Source: Salpingoeca rosetta (Eukaryota > Protista > Choanoflagellata). From it: DNA of 64,000 nt. A program made the position numbers and the translations under genes. The notes below the pieces were generated by a model. It was not told where the DNA came from, searched no databases, and worked only from the letters and a program-made list of their open reading frames with translations. The number at the start of each line of letters is the position of its first letter. Positions within the stretch are counted from its first letter, which is position 1. This document shows, piece after piece, positions 53,201 to 64,000 of the stretch. The DNA lies in the NCBI GenBank assembly GCA_033442325.1, contig JAWQFM010000001.1:444966-508965 (forward strand), read 5' to 3'.

Positions 53201-54580
53201 GCGTACATGTATACTTGTGTGTACGCACACGCCTACAAGTGGTGGAGGCCGTTTCTTTGCTGAGAGCCGATTCCCCCTCGCCCCTCTCCTCCCAGTTTCT
53301 TCTTGCGCTTGTCAACGCAACCACGCTCATTCCAGTCTTCTCCCCCCCCACGCTTTCAATTCACCTGCAACCAACCTCACACACACACACACACACACAC
53401 GCACACACACACACACGCACACACACACACACACTCACACACACACATATATACATACATACATACACACACATCTGTAACCTGTTTCCTGCCCGTGCAT
53501 GCAGAACACACGATGCTGGTCGTGTCGCCAAATGCACTGCGCCACCACCCACCGAATCCCCTGCAAGCCGGCCGCTCCCCCGCTGTGCGACGCCAGGTTG
53601 TGCCGCACAACACACGCACGCCCCTATCTCCTCCTCCTTATCAGCAGCACCAGCAGCAACAACGCCAATTTCGGCAGCCGCGCCACCACCACCGCCGCGG
53701 CACGCAGGGTGGCAGCGATGGTGATGATCGACGTCAGCTGCTGCAGGACCCAGGCACACCCAATATGGTGCACCGCGCGGCCCTGCCAGCACCAACTGCC
53801 ACCACAACATCGGCAACAGCCACACCAGCAACAGTGACGACAGCGGATGCAGCTACAAGCACACGTGCAGGTGGGGTCACCATTGCAGGCACGACCAATG
53901 ATGGCAATCAGCAGCGTCGGCGCCGGCGCGTGCGTGTGTTTGGGCGGTGGCTTCCGTTTGGTGGCACGACGCGGCAAGATGCACAGCAGGCATTGACACC
54001 AACGGGGGACGCAGATGAGGATGAGGACAGCAACCATGTTGAACTGCAGCCCGCACACCTGATCCATCAGCATCAGCAACAACAGCAACAACAGCAACAC
54101 GGCAGGAATGGTGCTGGCAATGGTACAGGCGGCGGTGACACAGGCATTGTGCGGCGATCGCGGTGTTCATTCGGATGGAGGCGCCGGTCGTCCAGCTCAA
54201 ACAACAGCAACAGCAGTGCCGACCACCGTGACACATCCAAGTGCACAGGAAAGCGTGGCCGAATTTGCCAGAACAAATTGCAAGCCGGCAGGGCGGATGG
54301 CAGAATCAAGCTGACACCAAGCCAGGTTGCGCAGCTTGCCACGGCGTTGGAGTGCGGCATCTGTCTCGACACCATGGAAGACCCCGTGACGCTGCCCTGC
54401 GGCCACTCGTTCTGCGGCCACTGCTGCCAGCAACTTGTGTCGTCCACACGTGCGCGCTACTTCTCCTGCCCGCTCGACCGCAGCAAGTTCCCGCGCCACA
54501 TGCCGCTCGGCACTGCCGTAACCCTGCGCAACGTCGTCGCATGCATCAACCGCCACAAATCTGTCACAACGTGCCTCTGA
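52362..54580 (+). CDS. Ankyrin-repeat plus C-terminal RING-HC protein (putative E3 ubiquitin ligase), 3 exons
   Basis: Ankyrin repeats LILAQGANPNATNTCGWTALHF and GQTPLHVASIAGNLPAVKLLLNCGAD...NQTP. RING is CGICLDTMEDPVTLPCGHSFCGHC...CPLD. Confidence 0.9.
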
Positions 54581-55294
54581 AAAGCACGCTTGCGTGTGTG
54601 CGTGAGAGTGTGCGTGTATATGTGTGCGTGTGTATGTGTATATGTGTGCGTATGTGTATGTGTGTGTGCGTGTGGTTGTGTCTCCACACGTGTGCATGCG
54701 CACAAAAGCACAAGAAGTGTGTGTGTGTGTGGTTTCTTTCCTTCTGCTCTGTCCTATTTGGTGCTGCTGCTTGTGTGGTGTGTGTGTGTGTGTTGCTTGG
54801 ATGTGTTTTCGATGGCTTCATCATGGATGATAAAGCAAGCACGAAGGTTGTGCCATGTCCTGTGCATAAATTCATGCCATCAGCTCCGTGGATGTACACA
54901 TGTTTGAGGCCGTTTAATTGCGAGGACACGAACAGGCATTCCAACAAGATGTTGCTCAGAAGAACGACATGCATATCATTGATTGAGAGGGAAACTCCCT
55001 CATGCTCTCAGGAACACATAACGGACGAACGGAGTGCGAACAAACGCCAAGCATAGGAAGAAAACAAAAAGGAAAGAGAACCAAGACAGAGGCAGAGAGA
55101 GAAAAAAAAAAAAACAAGCCCACACAATCATAGGACTCACCCCCCACCACCCATCCACCCGTTTCCCTCCACAGTTCATTCAGTGACCAACGTCGATGTG
55201 CAAACAGCAAGTGGTCAAAGCAAGACCTTAGGCATATTCCAGCCAGCGAAGACATGAGCACATGGGGGTGCATGCATGAAATGCGCCAGCACCA

Positions 55295-57563
55295 TCAGTG
55301 CTGGCGCGGGTGTGTTGGCGGGGCCGGCGGGCTGCCCAAGCTGTGGCGGCGCGGCCTGGGATCATCGCTCATTGGCGTCTCCTCTGTGGCATCTTCCTCC
55401 TCCGTGAGACTCGGGTTGAGGGACACGGCAGAGGTGATGGTGGCTATCTCGCCCGAGCTCAGTGAAGGGGTGGACCTGTCCCCGTGCGGGAGCACAATAT
55501 CGGACAGGTTCAGGACGCGACGCACGCCCGTGCTCTCATCGACGTAGTATTCCTCAAACCGAAGGTCGTCGGGGTCGTCGGGGTCGTCGTTGCGTTGGTC
55601 GTTCAGGTCAACGTTGCTGAAGTCAAAGTTGAACGCGTCGTCGTTGAAGCCAAAGCTGTTGAAGTCAAAGTTGAAGACGTTGTGGTTGTGCTCGTGGTCG
55701 TGCTCGTGGTCGTTTGCGTCATCGCTGTCGCTGTTGTTGTGGTGGTCGTTGCGGTTTCCGTCAATCCCACGCAAGCCACCAAGCTCAACCAAGTCGTTGA
55801 TGTTGTTGTCCAAGCCGCTGTGAGGATGATCAAAGCTGTCGTCATCGTCGCCCTCATAATCGTCATCAGCCTCATATGCATGACCAATGTCGTCGCGATT
55901 GTCGACGACATGACCGCGTTCCTCATCATGGTGGCCGGCATCAAAGCCGCCAAAGTGGTCGCTGGAGATTTCAATGTAGCTTTCAAGGCCGTCGCGGCTG
56001 TTTTCGCTGTCGGAACCCGCGTCTCCTGCATTGTCGCCCAGGGCGACACCAACAGCTTCGTCACCAGAGGCACCACCATCCTCGTTGCGGAGGTGGTGGC
56101 GATGACGGCCGTGGTGGCGGCGGTAAAGGCGGTGCCGGTTGCCGTCCCTGGCAGGGGTGTTATCATCGTTGTCTGAGCTGGTGCTGGTGCTGAGGTTGTA
56201 GCGACCGCTGGTGTTGACGATGTCGGAGCTCCACACGGAAACGCTGCTGTGATCGGCGTCATTGTCACTGCCGGCATGGTCGCTGCCATCGCCGTTGCTG
56301 CCGTTACCACCGTCTCCATGGTGCAATCCAACGTCCTCGGCATCGCCGGAGCCATCCGGCTCACCTTCGCCACGGGATGGGGCGACAACTGGCGGCGGAG
56401 GTGTGCCGACGGCAAGCGTGGTGGGCGCTTGATGGGTGCCAGCGCGTTGGTTGGCTTCGGCTGCCACGGTGGCGTGCTCCACCAGTGCTGGTCCAACGGC
56501 TGGAGATGTGGCTGGCGCCTGGGTGTTGCCGTTGTGCTCCCCAGCTTGCTGGTGCGTGCGCGCCAGCATTGAAGTCAGCCGGGCAGATGACGATGACGAG
56601 GAGGACGAGGAGGACGAGGATGAGGACCCGGTGGTGGCGGTGCTCGTGACCGGGGTGGATGCATGCATGCATGCACGCGGTTCACCAGTGTCGTGGCCCG
56701 CAAGACTGCGGTGTGCAGTGCTGGCCATGGCATCTGCTTTATCCACGGACTGGAGGTCAGCAGGGAGCGGTGTACTGCCATCTGTTGTTACTTTTGCACT
56801 GGAAGTGCCGGGCGATGGCTGGAGGTCAACGTCTACGACAACAGCAACATGGAGAGAATGTGGATGTGCATGCAAGCATGAACGGGGATAGAAGGACGCA
56901 GCGTGAGATAGGAAAGGGGCAGGACATGAGCGAGCGAGGAGCAAATCAAGAGCGGCGCCGAGGTGCTGCGGATATGTGGGCTATGGTGACACACACACAC
57001 GCACACGCACACGCACACACGCACCTGTGGCTTGTGAGGAGATGCCTTGCTCATACATGCCTGCATGCACGTCAGTGCCGCCATCGTTGGCACTGCCGTC
57101 GAGCTTTTTGGCGAAGGAGGAGTGGTCCAGAGCTGCGCACAGGTATGAAGAGGAGGCATGAGAGGGTGACGTGCATGCAGGCGTGTGCATTCACATATGA
57201 AGGTGTGTTCACGACAGCGAACACCAACACATGCGCATATGTGTGAGCAGTGTGCGCGATGCATGTCGAAATGAAGGCAAGTGTGTGAGGAGCCATGGGG
57301 CGCAAGCGCACGCACGATTCATTGTCGACGATCAACACTGAGCGATGGTGTTGCTGCTCAAGTGGAGCACGCAGACACGGCAGGGCCGGCGTCAGACTTG
57401 TGTCAACTGAAGTGAGGTCCTGGGATGGTTGTGGTGCTGGTGCTGTTGGTGCTGTTGTTCGTACTGCTGGTGACAGCGGTGGTGGTGGTGGTGGTGGACA
57501 AGCAAGCAAAGTGAAAATGAGTGCAGACGACGGAAAACAACGACGAATGAAAAAAAACCGTTG

Positions 57564-57642
<79 letters not shown>

Positions 57643-58240
57643 TGTGCTTGAATGTGCGGGGAAGAAAGCAAAAACAAAGGGAGAAGAAAGAAATGGCGTG
57701 TGTGAGTGTGTGTTTGTGTGTGCGCGCAGAGTTGACACAGCAAACATAGAGTGCATGACAGCAACCAAGGCTGCAACCAAAGCATGCAAGCCAAGCAAAA
57801 CAACAACAAAAAAAAAAAGGAAAACAAACAGGCAGGCAAGTGTTCGCTGCACCTCGCCCAAGTACAACGGTCGGTTGGGTGCCAGTGAGGTGCACAGAGT
57901 GCGCGCACGCATGGAGGGGTGGGAAGAAAACAAAGCGAAGAGAAGGAAAACAACGCGCGCACGTGTGGGAGTGTTGTGGTTGCGTGCTTTACATGGTGCG
58001 TGCGTCGCATGGTTTGCTTGAAGCCACTGCGAGGGTGCAGCCACCAGCCACGTGCGCAATAGCCATTATACCTCAAATTGTGAGGCACTCGCCAGCAATG
58101 GCTGCAAGCGGCAGTGGTAGTAGCAGTAGCAGTCCAAACTGCCAGCGACGGCGAGAGCGCACATGATCGCTGGCTTGGATGCATCTTGGCGCCGTGTAAA
58201 GTGCTGGGAAGACACGCAAGTTGTCCCTTGCGGCCACACG
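55295..58240 (-). CDS. Hypothetical low-complexity (S/T/D/N/H-rich) protein; 5' exons uncertain
   Basis: A ~1.5-kb terminal exon (about 56820-55295) is open with coding-like composition. Several small upstream exon candidates have GT-AG borders. No domain recognised. Confidence 0.55.
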
Positions 58241-59023
58241 AGAAGACGCAGGGTGGATGGGGAGCACAAAGGAATCAAAGAAGGCCCGCTACGGATAAGC
58301 ACGTCAAGTTGAGCAGACAGAAAGATATAGCAGAGACTGCACCAGCCAGACACTGGACAGCATGTCAACACGTACAGTTGTGCATGAGGGTGCGCATGCA
58401 AGCACACAATTAGACACAAAGGAACGAACGCACGCGCACACAGGAGTGCAGCCAACATGCAGTTGCCACACAACATAGACATATGCTCTGTACCTGTTGC
58501 TGATCAGAAGACTTGTCGGGGAAGAACCCGTTCGGCAGCCGCACCAAAGTGGCACAGAACCCCGCGCAGCAGAGCCTTATTCACGAGAGCCAGCCTGACG
58601 GCTCCGAAGCAAACGAAGACTAGGTCCTGATCTCTGCTTACCGATACCTCACATCATGTCACGCCTGTCCTGCGTTTCCGATCCGTATCCGCATCAAGCA
58701 CTTGTCAAGTGTCTGTTGCACACCATGCATGCATCGAAACAAACACAACACGCAACAAAAACACACCAAAGCGTCAGTGAAACGATAGGACAAGCACCGC
58801 ATGCCTCAGCGACAAGCAAGAAAGTGCACGACCTTACTTGCGTGACAGAGGGGGGGGGGAGCGGCAGACTTGTTGCGCTTGCACGCAAAACAACGTGCCA
58901 AGTTGCAGCACAAGGTCACAGCACAAGTGCATCTTTGTTGTCTTGGCAGCCTTGCTTGTAGAAGATTTGTAGAAATCTTCACACACATTTCCGTAATCCA
59001 AACAAACAAAACACCCACACTGA

Positions 59024-61070
59024 CAGAGGATGACATCAGTGAGCGGAAAATCACTTTAACGTGTTTGACGATTTATTTCGCCGTTCTCGACCACAGAGAA
59101 CACGCTAAAAACACCCTTTTCCTCAGCACAATTGACTACGGCACCCCACCCCACATCCACCCACCAAGACACAATGAACCACACAACAGGCAAACCACTC
59201 ACACTAATCCTCGTCTTCATGTTCACCCTCATCGTCGTCCTCGTCACTGTCCTCGTCACTGTCCTTGTCTTTGTCCTCGTTCACAACATCGACCTCTTCC
59301 ATATTCTCATCATCATCATCACGCTGCCCGTCATCGAACACCCCATCATCGATTGCCTCCTCATCCACCTCATCGAGGCTCGTGATCTGCCTGTAAAGCT
59401 CATCCAGCCGAGCATCTGCTTTTGCAATGCATCCCTCAACTGTCTTCGGTGTCAGGGTTGCAAACGCCTCGTCCAACCGCTGGCGCACGTCCTTGAACGT
59501 TGTGTCGTAGTTGTACTGTCGACCAACGTCTCCTTTCACGTTTGCCCAAACAATCTCGATGGGCTGAAGGTCGGAGTAATGCGGCGGTGTCCACAGCACC
59601 TCGTGCCCAGCGTCCTCTGCCATTTGCACGACGACGGGCTTGACTGTCTGCGCAATGTGTTCGCGAAGCCTGGCCCACAGCAAGGCCCGAGTGTCGGTGT
59701 CGGATACTGGCAGGCCGCGCGCCGTGCAGGCCTCGACCATGGCTGCCTTCTTCCATGATTGCTTGGGCGTGTCCGCTGGGAGTGACTTGTGGTACTTTGG
59801 CGTTGTCCATGACAATGATGGTGTTTTTGATGCCACGGGCGTCGAGCGTGGCGAGCAGCGTCTGCATCCAGCGCTCAAAGTATGCACTGTCAAACATGCC
59901 ATGGTAGTCTTTGGTCTGCGCCTTGCCACTCTGCTTCTTGCCCCCCTCAAAGATGTCCAGCGTCTCGGGTAACAGCTGTGCACGATGTTCCTCGGATCGC
60001 TCTGCTTCTGGTACTGCAGGGTCGCTTGAGATGATTGCCGCGATGAAACAGAAGCGCCGGCCTTTGTGCTTTTGCTTGGGGAGCAGGCGGTTATCACCGG
60101 GGTCGTACAGCGACTCATCATGCCGGCGGTAGTGGTGGTGTATGTAGCTCTCGTCGAGGTAGACAATGCGTCGCCGCTGCTGTCGGGCCTTGATCATCTG
60201 GGTGATGTACGCGTCTCGTTTGATCAGCACCTCCTCCTTCTCCATGTAGGTGGTGCAACCGCCTCGCTGACCTCTCTCGTAGCCAAGTGACTCCAGGTAT
60301 CGTTGCACAGCTCTCAGGGCGTTCGCTTTCGAAGTGGGATCAGAGTACATCGGCAGCACACCGGAGGAGCAGAAGAAGCCGAGCACGTCCTTTGCCACAG
60401 TTCGGTTGCCCTTGACAGTGCGCTCGTACAACCAGTTCTGCAGCTTCACACGCAATGCCTCAGTGCGCTTGAACTTCGTCGTCTTGGTCCCGCGTGGCCC
60501 GTCGTTGTCTGCGACTGACACCGCTTGCGCGCGCTCGTAGTCCTTCCATGCTTGTTGACAGACGTCTGTGCTGCGCTGAAGGACGTTCTTTGCGAGTGCC
60601 GTGAACCGATACTGCTTGGGCCTCCCTGACTTGTTCGCGTGGACAAACTTCTCATGGCGAAAGTACGCCTGCACGGCGACGATGTCCAGCTTTGCGTCCA
60701 CCGTCAGCGTCCTGGAGTTTTCCTTGCGCTGCTTCTTGAGCCACTTCTTGAAGGCGTCGTACTCCTCATTGTCAAGGCTCCCGGCGTACAATCGGCCTTC
60801 TTTCTTCTTGACACACGGCGGTGTTCCGTCAGTGCTGCCTGCTGCGGTGGCCGATCTGCGCTGCGCCATCTTGGATGCAGAAAGTCGTTGGCATCAATGT
60901 GAATAATCGGCAATCCTGGAGGTAACAGGAAAAGATGGTTCTGTGCTTGCGCTCTGTTGTGCGTGGGACAGCCAACGGACAATGGAAGCGATTGACGCAT
61001 ATTTCGGGTGGTTTTGAATGTGTGCCGGTGATGAAAACTTATTTTTTCCGCTCACTGATGTCATCCTCTG
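59024..61070 (-). mobile_element. Complete DNA transposon of the IS630/Tc1/mariner group, DD82E (Sailor-type), 2047 bp
   Basis: Perfect 27-bp TIRs CAGAGGATGACATCAGTGAGCGGAAAA at 59024-59050 and 61044-61070 (reverse complement). TGA flanks both sides (59021-59023 and 61071-61073). An internal intronless transposase is present. Confidence 0.95.
59204..60869 (-). pseudogene. DDE transposase (~554 aa if repaired) with a single +1 frameshift at ~59797
   Basis: ORF 60869- gives VYLDESYIHHHY...KGRRFCFIAAI...DYHGMFD...IIVMDNAK. The other frame continues YHKSLP...LWTPPHYSDLQPIEIVW to TAG at 59204. The sequence reads GCCAAAGTAC where GCCAAGTAC would be in frame. There are 82 residues between the second D and the E. 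Confidence 0.9.
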
Positions 61071-61159
61071 TGAACAGAAGCAACAACAAGGCAAAAGAAG
61101 CAACCACCCACGCAAGCACACTGATCCACTGCTATCCATCCAGTCTTGCACTGCCAAGC

Positions 61160-61352
61160 ATGAGCGACGAGGAGGAACTGAGGGCTGTTGAGGCGAAAGG
61201 CGACGCCCTTGCCACGGAAGATGAAGTCGTGAAGGCGTTTGAGGGCGCCAGCGAAGCAGACAACGAAGAGGCGGCCAAGGTTTGTCCGACATCATGTGAA
61301 TCAAGTTTTGTCTTGGACTCTGTGACGGATGGATGGTGCCCGTGGCGTGCAG

Positions 61353-61444
<92 letters not shown>

Positions 61445-61462
61445 GTGGGTGTGTGGGTGTGT

Positions 61463-61520
<58 letters not shown>

Positions 61521-62243
61521 CACGCTATTTGTTTGGTTTCACACCGCAACGCACGCAAAGTAGCTCCGGCTCTTCGTGCCTTCCACTGTTCACCCTCTCC
61601 CCCCCCCCCCAATTCTTTACTTTTGCCAATGCTGTGTTTGTTCCGATTGCTCAGCTGGCGGAGCAAGAGCTGGAACACGATGCTGCTCGCGAGGCAGTGG
61701 TGACCGAACCGCCAAAGGACCGCGGCATCTTCGAACGCGCCGTGAAAAAGGTACGCACACATACACACACATACACACACATACACACACATACACACAC
61801 ATACACACACATACACACACATACACACGCATACACACATACACACACATACACACACATACAAGCCTGACAAGCACATACACACACAACTAAACACAAC
61901 TGAACACATTGCCTTTGTTCATGCACGTGCTTGCATGCCCTTGTGCTGCTTGATAGCCACTGCTTTTGGTTGCATACACGCCTCGCACAACTTGACCGAC
62001 TTGTTTGCGATGTGCACGCCAACGTGCAGGTGCTGGACCTGCGCGAAGTCTACGAGGCGCTGGGGTACCGCCTCTCCTCCTGGGGCTATCTGGGCGTGAG
62101 CGTGGGTACCAGTGTTGGCATCAGCATCGGCCTTGAGCCCATCCCCGACGCAAAGCCCAAGGAAAACGTGCAAAAGGAAGACGCGTCCATGCTGCAATCC
62201 GTCGTGATTGGTGCGTACAACCAGTGCTGCTGGTGGTGGTGAT

Positions 62244-62282
<39 letters not shown>

Positions 62283-62789
62283 GTGTGTGTGGATAATGTG
62301 CGTGTGATCTTCTGTCTGTGTTTGCCACCATCCAAGGTCAATTTGCATTGATTTCCATTTGTCTCTCAACTTGACCGCTCCTTGTGCATGCCATCACGCC
62401 AAATCGCCTTCGTCTCCTGCCACTGCCACTGCCACTGCCATGCTGTGTACAGGCCTGATTAAGCGCGTCAATTCCGTTCTGGACGATTTGCAGCAATCGT
62501 CAATGAGGGTGAGAGGCTCAGACCCTGAGAGTGGAAATGATGCAGGTTACAAGCGGCAGCTTTGTTTCAACCATCACATGGCCTTCACAGCTTATTCCGC
62601 AATGCTGTTACTCTTTTGTTGTGTGCGTGCTTGTGTTTGCCCTTGTTGACAGCTGTCTCGCCTAACCATCTCCCTCGCTGGCATTGGCCTGGCCATTCCA
62701 AGCGCCACCGCCTCCCTCACGTTCGCAGACATCCCCGGTGCGTGTGCGTGTGTGTGTGTGTGCGTGTGTGTGTGTGCGTGTGTGTGTGT

Positions 62790-62828
<39 letters not shown>

Positions 62829-63700
62829 TTGTGTTGTGTGTGTGTGTGTGTGCGTGTGTTGTGTGTGTGTGCAAAGGTGGAGGAGCAACACGCGTCTCAT
62901 GCTTTTGTGCCAACACGTGTTTATCATACAGAAGACGAAAAGAAGAAGGAGGACAAAGACCAGCATGAAAAGGAGAAGGAGACACGGCAGAAGGTACGCG
63001 TGCGTCAGTGCTTGTATGCATGCATGTAAAGGCGGCACAGCACCTCGGGTTTCCTGGTTGATGGAGCCCACTCACCAAAACTTGTCTCTTTCTACAGCAC
63101 TAACGCTTTCGCACACACACACACACGCGCACGCGCGCGCACGGGCAGGCTGGCGGGTCACTCTTGTCCAAGTATGCGCAGCAGCTGTCGGAGTTTGTGC
63201 AGCGCCCGTTCACCGCCACCACGGCTCCACTTGTGCGCACGCTGCTGGATGAGGTGCTTGACCTTCGTCGCTTCTTCTCCCAGATGGGCCTGACTGTCGG
63301 CAATCTGGACGGCACCTCCGGCTGGCTCACTGCGCGCATCGGCACCTATTTCGGCCTCGGCTTCAGCGTCCAGTTTCTGGATGCATTTAGCGCGGACCAG
63401 GAGCTGCCGGAAGGACTGACGCTTCTCCAGCGCGCGGTCCTCTCTGCCATGCTGACGTCACACTCGCTGGCCGTCAAGTCCACCGCAGGCATCCTCACGC
63501 CCCAGAAGATGTACGTGTCCCTCTCCGGCATTGGGCTGGCCATCCCAAGCGTGACCACCACGGTGTACATGGCCAAGGCAGACGCTGCACAGGAGGAAGC
63601 ACTGCAGTCCCTCGCCGCCACGCTCGCCGAAGAGGCAAAACCAGCGCCAGAGGAGCAGCAGCAACAGCAGGCCCAAGGCACACGTAGGTCTCGTGCGTGA
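61160..63700 (+). CDS. Hypothetical multi-exon protein with an internally duplicated ~100-aa domain; may continue past the window end
   Basis: Exons read [13 protein letters not shown]... | LAEQELE...AVKK | [13 protein letters not shown]... | GLIKRVNS... | [19 protein letters not shown] | EDEKKK... | ...[13 protein letters not shown]...[17 protein letters not shown] further possible acceptor lies at ~63972. Confidence 0.7.
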
Positions 63701-64000
63701 ATATGCGTGTGTTTCTGTGTGTGGGTGGGTGTGGGTGTGTGTGTTTCTGTGAGTGTGTGTGTTTCTGTGTCTGTGTCTGTTTCTGTGTTTGTGTCTGTGT
63801 CTGCGTCTGTGTAAATGTTTGTTGCGCCTCACGCTGCATCGTATTGTTTTTCTATCACCGTCGTGTGCCCACTGACTGACACCTTTGCATGTCCGCACCA
63901 CTTTCCTTTCTGACCTCACCTTCACTTTCATTCACGCCTACCGCCCTATCACTTCTTCGCCCGTCCCACCAGCCGAGCAACAAGGCAGCGGGCACGCGTT

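Overview
Eukaryotic, gene-dense, intron-rich DNA with short GT-AG introns full of (TG)n/(CA)n repeats. It most resembles a choanoflagellate such as Salpingoeca rosetta, but that is an inference from style and gene content, not a database match. Most ORFs in the six-frame track are microsatellite noise, so I assembled spliced genes by hand. From left to right: a GET2/CAML-like gene (-); COG5 (+) and a HIT-family gene (-) that collide at ~5275 with both 3' ends missing; MRPS6; SQOR; an intronless condensation-type acyltransferase; DNAJC17-like; tRNA-Arg(ACG); BUD22/SRFBP1-like; MRPL17; an intronless membrane-anchored sulfotransferase; an aldo-keto reductase spanning a 100-N gap; a ~14 kb PPR-like gene; a TIR-SAM-like-LRR-Roc-COR gene with ten symmetric 84-nt LRR exons; ARPC2; an ankyrin-RING gene; a low-complexity unknown; a complete 2047-bp DD82E (Sailor-type IS630/Tc1/mariner) transposon with 27-bp TIRs and an apparent 3-bp TGA target duplication; and an unknown gene with an internally duplicated domain. 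The strongest leads are the TIR-Roco receptor-like gene, the transposon, the COG5/HIT junction, and a UG-near-donor / CA-near-acceptor polarity in introns.
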